NCBI GenBank assembly: GCA_963828735.1
Contig: CAWHFW010000005.1
Location: forward strand, 1,952,001 to 2,016,000
DNA length: 64,000 bases
Source: an uncultured Gemmatimonadales bacterium
Lineage (GTDB): Bacteria; Gemmatimonadota; Gemmatimonadetes; Gemmatimonadales; GWC2-71-9
Direction of reading: 5' to 3'
Part shown: positions 9,599-20,480 of the stretch, in pieces
Layout: every line of letters begins with the position of its first letter
How positions within the stretch are numbered: position 1 is the stretch's first letter
Program-made: the position numbers and the translations under genes
The notes under the pieces: generated by a model
What the model saw: the letters and a program-made list of their open reading frames with translations, nothing else
Databases searched by the model: none
Told to the model about the DNA's origin: nothing

Positions 9599-11182
9599 AT
9601 GACGCTTCGGCTCTACGACACCACCCTGCGGGACGGCACCCAGCGCGAGGGGCTGTCGCTGTCCGTCGAGGACAAGGTCAAGATCGCCCGCGCGCTCGAC
9701 CGCCTCGGCGTGAGCTACATCGAGGGCGGCTGGCCGGGGTCGAATCCCAAGGACGCCGAGTTCTTCCGCCGCATCCGGGAGGTGGCCCTGGAGCACGCGA
9801 GGATCGCGGCGTTCGGGAGCACCCGGAGAGCGCGTGTGCGCTGCGAGGACGACGCCAACCTCGTCGCCCTCCTGGAGGCCGGCACCCCGGTCGTGACCCT
9901 GGTGGGCAAGAGCTCGACGCTGCACGTGGAGCGGATCCTCGAGACCACCCGCGACGAAAACCTGCGGATGATCGGCGAGAGCGTCGCGTTCCTCAAGGGC
10001 CAGGGCCGCGAGGTGGTGTACGACGCGGAGCACTTCTTCGACGGGCACCGCCTGGATGCCGCCTATGCCCTCGACACGCTGGCCGCCGCCGCCGAAGCCG
10101 GCGCCGACTGGCTGGTGCTGTGCGACACCAACGGCGGCGAGCTGCCCGATGTGGTGGGCGAGCGCCTGTCCGAGGTGCGGGAGCGTTTCCCTACGGCCGT
10201 CGGCATCCACCCGCACAACGACGCGGGGCTCGCGGTGGCCAACGGTCTCGCCGCGGTGCGGGCTGGCTGCCTGCAGGTGCAGGGCACGATCAACGGGTAT
10301 GGCGAGCGCTGCGGGAACCTGGATCTCGTCCCACTGGTCGCAACGCTCGAGCTCAAGCTCGGCGTGCATGTGTTGCCCGGCGACCGGCTGCGCCGGCTCA
10401 CCGACGTCAGCCAGTTCGTGGCCGCGGTGGCCAACCAGCATCCCGATCCGCACGCGCCGTACGTCGGCCGGAGCGCCTTTGCCCACAAGGGCGGCATCCA
10501 CGTCGCCGCCGTCGCGAAGCTGGCGGAGAGCTATCAGCACGTGGATCCCGCGGCGGTCGGCAACCAGACGCGGGTGGTGGTGAGCGAGGTGGCCGGCCGC
10601 CGCACCGTCCGGCTCCGCGCCGAGGCGCTCGGCGTGGCAGTGGGGGAGACCGAGGGCGCCGTGCTGCAGCGGATCAAGGAGCTCGAGCACCAGGGCTTTC
10701 AGTTCGAGGCGGCCGAAGGCTCCTTCGAGATGCTGCTGCGGCGGGCATCGACGACGTATCGCGCGCCGTTTGAGCTGGAGGACTTCACCGTCATGGTGGA
10801 GAAGCGGGGCGGGGGCGGGAGCCGATCGCAGGCCACCGTGCGGATCAAGGTGGCCGGCGAGGTCATGCTCACGGCGGCCGACGGCGACGGGCCGGTCAAC
10901 GCGCTGGACCGCGCGGTGCGGAAGGCGCTGCTCCCGCACTATCCCGCGCTCGCGGACGTGCAGCTGGTGGACTACAAGGTACGCATTGTGGACGAGCACC
11001 TGGGCACGGCCGCGCGCCCCCGGGTCATCATCGAATCCGCCCGCGGGGCGGAGCGCTGGAGTACTGTGGGGTGCTCGGAGAACATCATCGAGGCGAGCTG
11101 GCTGGCGTTGTGCGACGGGCTGGAGTTGCCGCTGCTGCGCGACGCCGAGCGAGCGGCCGAGGCCGAGGCGGGAGCGGCCTAG
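9599..11182 (+). CDS. cimA: Citramalate synthase (LeuA/CimA family)
   Basis: YDTTLRDGTQREG, EGGWPGSNPKD, YDAEHFFDG, HPHND, GYGERCGN, AFAHKGGIH, C-terminal GPVNALD regulatory domain. Confidence 0.88.
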   Translation: MTLRLYDTTLRDGTQREGLSLSVEDKVKIARALDRLGVSYIEGGWPGSNPKDAEFFRRIREVALEHARIAAFGSTRRARVRCEDDANLVALLEAGTPVVTLVGKSSTLHVERILETTRDENLRMIGESVAFLKGQGREVVYDAEHFFDGHRLDAAYALDTLAAAAEAGADWLVLCDTNGGELPDVVGERLSEVRERFPTAVGIHPHNDAGLAVANGLAAVRAGCLQVQGTINGYGERCGNLDLVPLVATLELKLGVHVLPGDRLRRLTDVSQFVAAVANQHPDPHAPYVGRSAFAHKGGIHVAAVAKLAESYQHVDPAAVGNQTRVVVSEVAGRRTVRLRAEALGVAVGETEGAVLQRIKELEHQGFQFEAAEGSFEMLLRRASTTYRAPFELEDFTVMVEKRGGGGSRSQATVRIKVAGEVMLTAADGDGPVNALDRAVRKALLPHYPALADVQLVDYKVRIVDEHLGTAARPRVIIESARGAERWSTVGCSENIIEASWLALCDGLELPLLRDAERAAEAEAGAA

Positions 11183-12240
11183 CGTCGCGCGGCCGCGGTC
11201 TCGGCCTCGAGCAGGTCGCGCTTGCGCTCGATGCCCCAGCGATACCCGCCGAGGCCGCCGTCTTCACGCACGACCCGGTGGCAGGGGATCACCACCGCCA
11301 GCTTGTTGCTCGCGCACGCGCGGGCCACGGCGCGCACGGCCGTCGGCCGGCCGAGCTCCCGCGCGATCTCGGCGTACGACCGCGTCGCGCCGCGGGGAAT
11401 CCGCTGGAGCGCTTCCCACACGAGCCATTGGAAGGCGGTTCCCCGCACGTCGAGCGGCACCCGCTCCGCCTCGTCGCCTGCGAGGCGCGCCACCACCGCG
11501 CCCGCCCATCCGCGCAGCTCGTCGTCGGCCCGGCTGATCTCCGCCGCCGGAAACTCCCGACGAAGCCCGGCCTCGAGCGCCTGGACGCCGTCGCCGAGGG
11601 TGACCGAGCAGAGGCCCTCGTCGGTGGCGGCCACCAGCGCCGTGCCGAGCGCCGTGCTCACGGTCGTATAGCGGATCCGCACGCCGCGCCCGCCCCGCTG
11701 ATAGGAGCCGGGCGTCATGCCGAGCCGGCGCCGTCCCTGGTCGTATGCGCGGCTGGGCGAGGAATAGCCGGCATCGTACGTCGCGCGCGAGACGGAGTCG
11801 CCCTGTTTGAGCCGCGACTTCATTCGATCCATCCGCCGTGCCCCGGTATAGGCCCGCGGCGACATGCCCGTCAGGCGCTTGAACGTTCGCTGGAGGTGAT
11901 ACGGACTGAGTCCGACCGCCTGGCCCAGCCGCTCCAGTGTGACCGTCTCGTCCAGGTGACGGTCGAGGTACCGCTGGGCCTCGCGCACCCGCCGGACCGC
12001 CTCGGTCTCGCTCTCCTTCGGGTGGCACCGGCGGCACGCCCGAAAGCCCTGCGCCTCCGCGGCGTCCGGGGTCGCGAAGAAGCTGACGTGGCGACGGTGC
12101 GGGCGCCTCGAGGGACAGGACGGCCGGCAGTAGATCCGGGTGGATGCGACCGCGTATACGAAGCGCCCATCCGCGGATGCGTCGCGATCCAGGACCGCGG
12201 CCCAGCGTCCGGCGTCGGCCGGAGAAGCATCGAGAATCAT
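11179..12240 (-). CDS. ada: Bifunctional Ada regulator / O6-methylguanine-DNA methyltransferase
   Basis: Zn domain YCRPSC...RACRRC, AraC-type HTH, C-terminal IPCHRV active site. Confidence 0.95.
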   Translation of the reverse strand: MILDASPADAGRWAAVLDRDASADGRFVYAVASTRIYCRPSCPSRRPHRRHVSFFATPDAAEAQGFRACRRCHPKESETEAVRRVREAQRYLDRHLDETVTLERLGQAVGLSPYHLQRTFKRLTGMSPRAYTGARRMDRMKSRLKQGDSVSRATYDAGYSSPSRAYDQGRRRLGMTPGSYQRGGRGVRIRYTTVSTALGTALVAATDEGLCSVTLGDGVQALEAGLRREFPAAEISRADDELRGWAGAVVARLAGDEAERVPLDVRGTAFQWLVWEALQRIPRGATRSYAEIARELGRPTAVRAVARACASNKLAVVIPCHRVVREDGGLGGYRWGIERKRDLLEAETAAARR

Positions 12241-12503
12241 GGCAGGGATGGTAGCATCCAGCGCCGCCGCCGGCCACTCGGATCTTGCGGTCAAACCCAG
12301 GGGGAAACCGGCGGGCCCACAGGGACGTTTTGGAGCGGGGGACGGTAGGGCAGGCCGGCTCCCGGGGCGATAGCGGGGCCCTCATTTTGGCGGAAGATTG
12401 GACCCTGGCCGGGTCTCGCGGTGCCCCGGCGGGAACCTCACCCGAGGGTCTCGTCGTTACACCCCCAGTCCCAGGAGCATTTCACCCCAAAGACATCCGG
12501 TCC

Positions 12504-13886
12504 ATGAGCACTACCGAACGGTACGATGCCATCGTCATCGGCGCAGGCCAGGCCGGGGGTCCTCTCGCCTCCGCGCTGGCCCGAAGCGGGAAGCGGACGG
12601 CGTTGATCGAGCGCGAGCACGTCGGCGGCACCTGCATCAACGAAGGGTGTACGCCCACCAAGACCATGGTGGCGAGTGCGCGGGTGGCCTACCTCGCCCG
12701 CCGTGGTGCGGACTACGGGGTCGAGACCGGTCCCATCGCGGTCGACATGACCCGGATCCGAGAACGCAAGCGCTCCATCGTGAAGAGCTTCCGGGCCGGC
12801 AGCCTGCGCCGGATCGAAGCGGCGGCTCCCGGCGTGGAGCTGATCTGCGCCGAGGCCCGGTTCACCGGCCCGCGCCAGGTGGCCGTCGAGGGGCGCCGGC
12901 TGGAAGCGGACCTCGTGTTCATCAACACCGGCGGTCGCCCGGCGGCGCCGGACGTCGAAGGGCTGGACCGCGTGCCATCGCTCGACTCGACCTCGATCAT
13001 GGAGCTCGATCGGGTGCCCGAGCACCTCATCGTGCTGGGCGGCGGCTACATCGGGCTCGAGTTCGGGCAGATGTTCCGCCGATTCGGGAGCCGGGTGACG
13101 GTGGTGCAGCGGGGGCGTCAGCTCCTGCCGCTGGAAGACGAGGACGTCGCGGAGGCGGTGCTGGGCATCCTGCGCGAGGACGGGATCGAAGTTCTCCTGG
13201 AGAGCCAGGCGGTCCGGGCGTCCATGGAGGGGCCGGGCGGCGTTCGGCTTACGGTCCGGACGGCCGGAGGCGATACGGATGTGCTGGGCTCACATGTGCT
13301 TCGCGCGGCCGGTCGGGTGCCGAATACCGAACGGCTGGACCTCGCGTCGGCCGGTATCGCCACCGATGGCAAGGGCTTCATCACCGTCAACGACCGCCTC
13401 GAGACCAGCGCGTCAGGGGTCTATGCCCTGGGCGACGTCAAGGGCGGCCCCGCCTTCACCCACATCTCGTATGACGACTTCAGGGTCATCCGTACCAACC
13501 TGTTACAGAACGGGCGTGCGTGCATCACAGACCGCCTCGTTCCTTACACCGTATTCATCGACCCGCAGCTGGGTCGAATCGGACTGTCGGAGCGTGAAGC
13601 GCGGCGCCTCGGGCGCCCCGTCAAGGTGGCGCGGATGCCGATGACGCACGTGGCGCGCGCGCTGGAGCTCGACGAATCGCGCGGGTTCATGAAGGCGTTG
13701 GTGGACCCGGCCACGGGCCAGATCCTGGGCGCGGCGATTCTCGGAATCGAGGGCGGCGAACTGATGGCCATGATACAACTCGCCATGATGGGACAGGTGC
13801 CCTACGCGCGGCTGCGGGACGCGGTCTTCGCCCACCCGACGCTGGCCGAATCCTTCAACAACCTCTTTGCCACGCTCGACGCCTGA
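12504..13886 (+). CDS. Pyridine nucleotide-disulfide oxidoreductase (class I; MerA/RclA-like family)
   Basis: GAGQAG FAD motif, redox [22 protein letters not shown]-terminal AHPTLAE. Confidence 0.88.
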   Translation: MSTTERYDAIVIGAGQAGGPLASALARSGKRTALIEREHVGGTCINEGCTPTKTMVASARVAYLARRGADYGVETGPIAVDMTRIRERKRSIVKSFRAGSLRRIEAAAPGVELICAEARFTGPRQVAVEGRRLEADLVFINTGGRPAAPDVEGLDRVPSLDSTSIMELDRVPEHLIVLGGGYIGLEFGQMFRRFGSRVTVVQRGRQLLPLEDEDVAEAVLGILREDGIEVLLESQAVRASMEGPGGVRLTVRTAGGDTDVLGSHVLRAAGRVPNTERLDLASAGIATDGKGFITVNDRLETSASGVYALGDVKGGPAFTHISYDDFRVIRTNLLQNGRACITDRLVPYTVFIDPQLGRIGLSEREARRLGRPVKVARMPMTHVARALELDESRGFMKALVDPATGQILGAAILGIEGGELMAMIQLAMMGQVPYARLRDAVFAHPTLAESFNNLFATLDA

Positions 13887-13910
13887 CGGCGTCGACGCCT
13901 GGGGGTCCGC

Positions 13911-15239
13911 ATGACGGTGGCCACCGCACCGAGCCGTGTCGCTCCCGATACCATCGCCGATCAGCTGCTCGAAGCCCGGGCGCGCACCCTGCTGCTGGTG
14001 GCGCCGCTGAGCGACGAGGACCTGCACGCGCAGCACGATCCGCTCATGAGTCCCATCCTGTGGGACCTGGGGCACATCGCGCATTTCGAGGAGCTGTGGC
14101 TCACCCGCAACCTCGACGGGCCGATCGAATTCGTCGAGATGCCGGGCCTGTACAACCCGTTCGAGCATCCCCGGAGCACGCGCGGCGCGCTGGCGCTCCC
14201 GGGGCTCGCGGAGTGTCGCGAAATCATGGACGAAATTCGCGGGCGCGTGCTGGCCCGCCTGGTCTCCGCCGACCTCGACCCCGCCCACCCGCTGCTCCGC
14301 GACGGCTTCGTATACCAGATGGTTCTCCAGCACGAATATCAGCACAACGAAACGATCCTTCAGACCCTTCAGCTCAAGCACGGCACGCCGTATACGCCGC
14401 TCGTGCGCCTGGCGCCCGCCGACGGGGCCGCGCCACGCCTGCCCGCCCGACCGGGCGAGATGGTGGGGTTCCCCGGCGGCCCGGTGGAGCTCGGCACCGA
14501 CGATCGCACGGCGGCATACGACAACGAGCGGCCGGCTCACCGCGTGGATGTCGCGCCGTTCTGGATCGACGCCCATCCGGTCACCAACCAGGACTACCTC
14601 GTCTTCATCGGCGCCGGTGGGTACGAGACACCCGAGTACTGGTCCGAGGCCGGCTGGCGCTGGCGGACGGAGTCCGCCGTGAGCGCCCCGAAGTACTGGC
14701 TCTACGCCGGCGGCACCTGGACCACGCGGAGCATGGATCGCCGCGGCTCCGTGGAGCCCTGGCACCCGGTGAGCCACGTCTCGTGGTACGAAGCGGAGGC
14801 GTACGCGCGGTTCGCGGGCAAGCGGCTGCCGACGGAGATCGAGTGGGAGGCCGCGGCGTCGTGGGATCCCGGCACGGGCGCCAAGCGCGCGTTCCCGTGG
14901 GGAGACGCGCCCGCCGACCGCCTGCTCGCCAACGTGGACCAGCTCGCGTTCGGCACGGCGCCGATCGGGAGCTATGCCAGAAACGTGTCGCCCATCGGCT
15001 GTCACGGGATGATCGGCGACGTGTGGGAGTGGACGGCGAGCGACTTCGGGCCCTGGCCCGGCTTCGAGAGCTTTCCCTACAAGGAGTACTCCGAGGTCTT
15101 CTTCGGCACCGACTACAAGGTCCTGCGCGGGGGCTCGTGGGCCACGCGACCGGGCGCGATCCGCAACACGTTCCGTAACTGGGATTACCCCATCCGCCGC
15201 CAGATCTTCAGCGGCTTCAGGTGCGCCCGCGATGCCTAA
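13911..15239 (+). CDS. egtB: Ergothioneine sulfoxide synthase
   Basis: DinB-like WDLGHIAHFEELW and QHEYQHNE iron ligands; FGE-like domain RLPTEIEWE; RNWDYPIRRQIFSGFR. Confidence 0.93.
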   Translation: MTVATAPSRVAPDTIADQLLEARARTLLLVAPLSDEDLHAQHDPLMSPILWDLGHIAHFEELWLTRNLDGPIEFVEMPGLYNPFEHPRSTRGALALPGLAECREIMDEIRGRVLARLVSADLDPAHPLLRDGFVYQMVLQHEYQHNETILQTLQLKHGTPYTPLVRLAPADGAAPRLPARPGEMVGFPGGPVELGTDDRTAAYDNERPAHRVDVAPFWIDAHPVTNQDYLVFIGAGGYETPEYWSEAGWRWRTESAVSAPKYWLYAGGTWTTRSMDRRGSVEPWHPVSHVSWYEAEAYARFAGKRLPTEIEWEAAASWDPGTGAKRAFPWGDAPADRLLANVDQLAFGTAPIGSYARNVSPIGCHGMIGDVWEWTASDFGPWPGFESFPYKEYSEVFFGTDYKVLRGGSWATRPGAIRNTFRNWDYPIRRQIFSGFRCARDA

Positions 15240-16209
15240 CCTTGCCAGAACCCGCCCGATGCGCCCGGTCGAGCGCGTGGCGAACCCCGGCATGCTTGCC
15301 GAGGTGGCCGCCGGATTGTCGGCGCCCCAGAAGGAGCTGTCGCCCAAGTATTTCTACGATCAGCGGGGGTCCGAGCTGTTCGAGGCCATCACTCGCCTGC
15401 CCGAGTACTACCCGACGCGCACCGAGCGCGCGCTGCTGGCCAGCTGGATGCCCGAGCTGATGGCGCAGCTCGGGACGCGCACCCTGATCGAGCTGGGTGC
15501 CGGCAGTGCGGAGAAGAGCCGGATCATCCTCGACGCCATGCGCGGGACCGGGCTGGCGGAGCTCTACGTGCCCATCGACGTGAGCGCCACCTTCCTGAGC
15601 CAGACCGCGGCGCGGCTCCGCCGCGAGTATCCGGGGCTCACCGTCGAGCCGGCGGTCGCGGACATCGCGATCGAGCTGAACCTCCCCCGGCGCATTCCGC
15701 GCCCCGCGATGTTCGCCTTTCTCGGCAGCACGATCGGCAACTTCTATCCTCCGGCGGCCATTCGCCTGCTCGCCCGGGTGCGCGCCGCGATGGAGCCGGG
15801 CGACCGCTTCCTCCTCGGCGTGGACCTGCGGAAGGACATCGCCCGGGTCGAGGCGGCGTACAACGACAGCCAGGGCGTCACGGCCGCGTTCAACCGCAAC
15901 ATGCTGCTCGTGCTCAACCACGAGCTGGGCGCCGACTTCGATCCGGACGCGTTCGAGCACCGCGCGTTCTACGACACGGTGGCCAACCGCATCGAGATGC
16001 ACCTGGTCTCGACGCGCGACCAGGTGGTCACCATCCCCGGCCTCGAGCCCGTCCGGCTCGGCATGGGCGAATCCATCCGCACCGAGATCAGCACCAAGTA
16101 CGACCGCGACAGCGTATCCGCGCTGTTCGCCGCGGCCGATCTGCGCATCGAGGCCTGGCCCCGGGACCCCGCGACGCCGTTCGGACTGGTGCTCGGAGCG
16201 CGCGCATGA
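15232..16209 (+). CDS. egtD: L-histidine N-alpha-trimethyltransferase
   Basis: PKYFYDQRGSELF, PEYYPTRTE, ELGAGSAEK, FLGSTIGN, AYND, TEISTK. Confidence 0.95.
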   Translation: MPNLARTRPMRPVERVANPGMLAEVAAGLSAPQKELSPKYFYDQRGSELFEAITRLPEYYPTRTERALLASWMPELMAQLGTRTLIELGAGSAEKSRIILDAMRGTGLAELYVPIDVSATFLSQTAARLRREYPGLTVEPAVADIAIELNLPRRIPRPAMFAFLGSTIGNFYPPAAIRLLARVRAAMEPGDRFLLGVDLRKDIARVEAAYNDSQGVTAAFNRNMLLVLNHELGADFDPDAFEHRAFYDTVANRIEMHLVSTRDQVVTIPGLEPVRLGMGESIRTEISTKYDRDSVSALFAAADLRIEAWPRDPATPFGLVLGARA

Positions 16210-17462
16210 GCTTGCTCACCCGGGCCGCCCTCGCCGTCGATCTCGAAGCCCACGCGTTCGGCGCGCCGGTGAGCGCGTCGCTCACGCCGCGCCGCGTCGG
16301 CGCCGAGACGGAGTTCATCCCGGTCGAGACCTCGACGGGGTGGCGATGCCCCATCGACGTGGACGGGGTGCTGTCGACCCTGCCGTTCCTGCGGCGCTTC
16401 GGGGCCCGACAGGGCTGGAGCGAGACCCTGACGGCCAAGGGCACCCCGTGCTTCACGCTGTCCGTGGGCGGGACGCTTACGTTCGAGCCGGGCGGCCAGC
16501 TGGAATACAGCTCCCCGCCGTGCCGCAGTCCGAGCGCGCTGCTCGCTGTGCTGCGATCGGTGGTGCTCCCGCTCCGGGCGGCCGCTGCCGCGGAGGGGAT
16601 CACGCTGCTCGACGTCGGCATCGATCCGCTCAACCCGATCGACGGCGCGCCGCTGCTGCTCCGGACGAAGCGCTACCAGCGAATGGCCGACTACCTCGCG
16701 CGGTTGAGCCCGGCCGGCGCTCGCATGATGCGCCAGACGGCCGCATTCCAGGTGGCGCTCGACCTGGACGACGAGCCGTGGCTGCGCTGGCGCGTGCTCA
16801 ACGCGGCGACTCCGTACGTGGTGGCGATCTTCGCCAACTCGTCGGTGTACGCGGGAGAGGAGACGGGCTGCGCGAGCGCGCGGGCGCACGTCTGGCGGTC
16901 GCTCGATCCGGCGCGTACCGGCCTTCCGTGGAGCGACCCGCAGCCGGTCGAGGCGTATCTCGACTTCGCGCTGGATGCGCCAGCGATCCTGCTTCCCACC
17001 GTCGACGGCGAGTACCTGCGGTTCGGCGAGTGGCTCAGTCGGGCCCACGTCACGATGGAGGAGTGGCACGACCACCTGACGACCCTGTTTCCCGAGGTGC
17101 GTCCCCGCGGGCACTTCGAGCTCAGGTCGGCGGACGCGGTGGCGCCCCAGTGGTACGCGGCGCCGCTCGCGCTCGCGGTCGGGATGACCTACGAGTCGCG
17201 TGCGCTGCGCGCGGCGGCCGAGCTGCTCGAGGCCCCGGATCTCGCCCTGCTCGAGCGCGCGGGACGACTTGGTCTCCGGGATCCCGGCATCGCCTCGACG
17301 GCCGCGGATCTGGCGCAGATCGCGCTCGAGGGCTGCGAAGGCCTCGGTCCGGCCTACTTCAATCCGGCCGACTTGGAGCAGGCGAGGGCCTTCTTCGATC
17401 GCTACACCCGCCGAGGCCGCGCGCCCGCGGACGACGTCGCTTCGGCGGAGGTCGCCGCGTAG
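16206..17462 (+). CDS. egtA: Glutamate-cysteine ligase (GCS2 family, EgtA-like)
   Basis: VGAETE, TFEPGGQLEYS, MMRQTAAFQV, HLTTLFPEVRPRGHFELRSAD; coupled to egtD. Confidence 0.85.
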   Translation: MSLLTRAALAVDLEAHAFGAPVSASLTPRRVGAETEFIPVETSTGWRCPIDVDGVLSTLPFLRRFGARQGWSETLTAKGTPCFTLSVGGTLTFEPGGQLEYSSPPCRSPSALLAVLRSVVLPLRAAAAAEGITLLDVGIDPLNPIDGAPLLLRTKRYQRMADYLARLSPAGARMMRQTAAFQVALDLDDEPWLRWRVLNAATPYVVAIFANSSVYAGEETGCASARAHVWRSLDPARTGLPWSDPQPVEAYLDFALDAPAILLPTVDGEYLRFGEWLSRAHVTMEEWHDHLTTLFPEVRPRGHFELRSADAVAPQWYAAPLALAVGMTYESRALRAAAELLEAPDLALLERAGRLGLRDPGIASTAADLAQIALEGCEGLGPAYFNPADLEQARAFFDRYTRRGRAPADDVASAEVAA

Positions 17463-17482
17463 GCGAGCGCGAGTCGTCCCGG

Positions 17483-17530
17483 AAAGAACGAGGACACGGA
17501 GCCATGCGCTCTCCGTGTCCTCTGTTTTTT
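17483..17530. terminator. Probable bidirectional intrinsic terminator
   Basis: 12-bp perfect stem gaggacacggag/ctccgtgtcctc, tgtttttt 3' tail and aaagaac on the 5' side; between convergent genes. Confidence 0.85.
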
Positions 17531-17558
17531 GCCTCGTGTTTCTGCTCCAGCGCCGGAC

Positions 17559-18401
17559 TCAGCCCGCCGGTACGAAGGTCCGCGTCGGGTCCACCCCGCA
17601 CGCCGTCCACACCGTCCGGATGTAGCTGCCGTCCCCCAGCGTGGCGTGCGTCTCGCCCGAGGCGATCTTCCGGTCCGTCGTGCAGGAGGCGTCCCACACG
17701 AGCGGCGCCACCGTCGTCACGGTGAACGTCCGGCTCACCGAGCGCCGCGTCCACGTGAACGTCCCGGTCCGCGTGAACGTCCCGTTCGGCAGCGGCTCGC
17801 CGAACGCGAGCGTCTGGCCGGCGTCGGGTGTGAAGCTCAGCAGCAGGTTGTGGATGACGGAGGCGTCCGCGCGGTTCGGCCGGCTCCTCACCACGGTAAC
17901 CTGGTTACTCAGCGAGGCGCCCTGGGCGTTTCCGGTAAGCGTGCGGGTGCCGTTCCGGACGGCGGTGTAGCTGCGGTTCTGGTCGGGATAGGTGAACCGG
18001 AAAGTGAAGTCGGTGAGGGTCGCGACGACCGCGAGGTCGGCCGCATCCGGCGTCGGATCGCTCAGCGTAATCGTGCCGGTGACCTCGAGGCTCCCACCGC
18101 GAAAGCCGGTGAAGCTGCAGGCCGGCAGGGCGAACGTGAAGGTCGCCGCGTCGGGGGCGAAGTCCCCGTCGGTATCGGTCTGGTCATCCACGGTGGCGCA
18201 GGTGCGCGGCGCGGTCGGCGCCACGACCCCGACCTCGGCCGGCGTCGTGAGGGCGCCTACTGCCTGTTCGACCTCGTCCGCTTCCGCGGTTCCGATGTCG
18301 CTCACGTCCGCGGCGGGGAGAGCGTCCCCTGACGGGGGCGTCGTCGTGTCGCTGCAGGCGGTCAGGGCCAGCGCGAGGGCGGCCCAGAGGCTACGGCGCA
18401 T
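17559..18401 (-). CDS. Hypothetical Thr-rich lipoprotein
   Basis: Signal peptide with lipobox LTAC; beta-strand-like Thr-rich body. Confidence 0.8.
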   Translation of the reverse strand: MRRSLWAALALALTACSDTTTPPSGDALPAADVSDIGTAEADEVEQAVGALTTPAEVGVVAPTAPRTCATVDDQTDTDGDFAPDAATFTFALPACSFTGFRGGSLEVTGTITLSDPTPDAADLAVVATLTDFTFRFTYPDQNRSYTAVRNGTRTLTGNAQGASLSNQVTVVRSRPNRADASVIHNLLLSFTPDAGQTLAFGEPLPNGTFTRTGTFTWTRRSVSRTFTVTTVAPLVWDASCTTDRKIASGETHATLGDGSYIRTVWTACGVDPTRTFVPAG

Positions 18402-18627
18402 GGTCGAAGCTCCTTCTCACTCGGGTGACAAGCTGGTCCTGCCGGCACAACGGGGACGGCGGAATGGACGCCGGCGGTCACGGTTCGTTAAGCCGCTCGG
18501 CTCATGCCAGCCTTTGCAGGCGGGACAGGGTGACTGTGAGGACGCTCACCCATGCGCCGTCCGCCAAGCCCTACCTTGGCCCGCGGTTCTCGCTCGACGA
18601 TTCACACGCGATATGTTGAGGTAGGCC

Positions 18628-19410
18628 ATGACACATCAAGACAGACACGACGTGACAGCGGACCAGGATACCACGGGACGCACGGTCGTGGGACTGTTCG
18701 CCCGGCGGCAGGACGCGGAGGCCGCCATCCGCGACCTCAAGGCCGCCGGATTTCGCGACAATCAGGTCGGGGTGGCGCTTCAGAACCGGGACGAGCAGCC
18801 CGACCTGCTCGAGTCCACCGGCAGCCGGGAGGCCGATGGCGCGGCCGCCGGTGCGGTGAGCGGTGGAGTGGTCGGTGGCCTGATCGGCCTGCTCGGCTCC
18901 CTGCTGATTCCAGGCGTGGGCCCCATCATGGTGGGCGGCGTGCTCGCGTCCGCGCTTACGGGCGCCGGTATCGGCGCAGCGACCGGCGGCGTCATCGGTG
19001 CCCTGATGGGAATCGGCGTGCCGGAAATGGACGCGCGGCACTTCGACGAAGGGCTTCGGCTCGGCAGCACCCTCGTGACGGTCGATGCCGGCCCGCGGAC
19101 CAACGAGGCCCTGGTCATCCTCGATCGGCACGGGATGGACTTCGGGCCGTCCGGCACCGATCGGTTCGAGCGGTTGGGCTTCGCCGCGGGCGCGGCGTTC
19201 GACCCTGGCCCGGGGGTCGTCGGCGATCCCACCCTGACCGGTCTCGACATCGGCCTGGGCGGCATCGGCCCGGACGACGTGGCTTCCGGCTCGAGCACCG
19301 CTGCCCGCGGGCTCGAATCCTCCCGCGTGCGCTACGGTGGTCGAGAGCGGCGGGCACGCCAGGATCCCGCCTATGGCGGGCCCGAGCGGCGGCTGGCGGG
19401 CGTTCGCTAG
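18628..19410 (+). CDS. General stress protein-like membrane protein (YflT-like, glycine zipper)
   Basis: TVVGLF...[13 protein letters not shown], Gly-zipper [13 protein letters not shown]...IPGVGP; RBS gagg. Confidence 0.75.
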   Translation: MTHQDRHDVTADQDTTGRTVVGLFARRQDAEAAIRDLKAAGFRDNQVGVALQNRDEQPDLLESTGSREADGAAAGAVSGGVVGGLIGLLGSLLIPGVGPIMVGGVLASALTGAGIGAATGGVIGALMGIGVPEMDARHFDEGLRLGSTLVTVDAGPRTNEALVILDRHGMDFGPSGTDRFERLGFAAGAAFDPGPGVVGDPTLTGLDIGLGGIGPDDVASGSSTAARGLESSRVRYGGRERRARQDPAYGGPERRLAGVR

Positions 19411-19511
19411 GCCAGGTCCTCGGCATCGAATCGGTCCGACCGCACTCCGGGGGAGGGCGCATGGCGCTCTCCCCCGTTGCGCTGCCAGATTTCCGCCATC
19501 CGAGGGAGTCC

Positions 19512-20480
19512 ATGAAAGCGATCCGCATTCACGAGATCGGCGATGCCGGCGTCCTCCGCGTCGAGGACGTCGATGATCCCGTTCCGGGGGCCGGCCAGGC
19601 GCTCCTCCGGATCGAGGCGATCGGCGTCAACTTCACCGACATCTACCAGCGCAGGGGCTGGTACAAGGGTCAGCTGCCGACCACGCTCGGCGCGGAGGCG
19701 GCCGGAACCATCGACGCCGTCGGTCCCGGAGTTACGAGCGTGCGGCCGGGCGACCGCGTGGCCTCGATCAACGTCATCGGCGCGTACGCCGAGCATGCAC
19801 TGGTGCAGGCGGATCGCCTGGTCCCGCTTCCCGACGGCGTGAGCGCGCGCCAGGCCGCCGCGGTCATGCTCCAGGGGATGACGGCGCAATACCTCACCAC
19901 CTCCACCTTTCCGCTCGCGCGAGGACACACCTGCCTGGTGCACGCGGCTGCGGGCGGCGTAGGACTTCTGCTCTGTCAGATGGCCAAGCGTCGCGGCGCT
20001 CGGGTGATCGGCACCGTCTCCACCGAGGAGAAGGCGGCGCTCGCACGGGAGGCCGGCGCCGACGAGGTGATCCTCTACACCCGGGACGATTTCGAGACCG
20101 AGGTGAAGCGCCTCACCGACGGCGTCGGCGTCCAGGTGAACTACGACTCGGTGGGACGCACCACGTTTGCGAAGGGGCTCAGTTGTCTCGCGCGGCGCGG
20201 CATGATGGTGCTCTTCGGCCAGAGCAGCGGGCCGGTCGAGGCGTTCGACCCGCAGATCCTCAACCAGAAGGGCTCCCTGTTCCTGACCCGCCCGACGCTG
20301 GGGCATTACACGACGAGCCGCACCGAACTGCTCGAGCGGGCGGGCGACGTCCTGGGTTGGGTGGCCGACGGCTCGCTCGCCGTGCGGATCGGGCACGAGT
20401 TCCCGCTCGGCAGCGCCGCGGACGCCCACCGGGAGCTCGAGAGCCGGCGGACGACGGGCAAGGTCCTGCTCATTCCGTGA
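19512..20480 (+). CDS. qor: NADPH:quinone oxidoreductase (zeta-crystallin family)
   Basis: [40 protein letters not shown]. Confidence 0.88.
   Translation: MKAIRIHEIGDAGVLRVEDVDDPVPGAGQALLRIEAIGVNFTDIYQRRGWYKGQLPTTLGAEAAGTIDAVGPGVTSVRPGDRVASINVIGAYAEHALVQADRLVPLPDGVSARQAAAVMLQGMTAQYLTTSTFPLARGHTCLVHAAAGGVGLLLCQMAKRRGARVIGTVSTEEKAALAREAGADEVILYTRDDFETEVKRLTDGVGVQVNYDSVGRTTFAKGLSCLARRGMMVLFGQSSGPVEAFDPQILNQKGSLFLTRPTLGHYTTSRTELLERAGDVLGWVADGSLAVRIGHEFPLGSAADAHRELESRRTTGKVLLIP

Noticed and set aside
12504..13886. Mercury resistance gene merA
   Set aside because: No C-terminal Cys pair (ends [10 protein letters not shown]), no N-terminal metal-binding domain, no merR/T/P.
13911..17462. Selenoneine or ovothiol cluster
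   Set aside because: No SelD or glycosyltransferase neighbours and no fused methyltransferase; egtD and egtA indicate ergothioneine.
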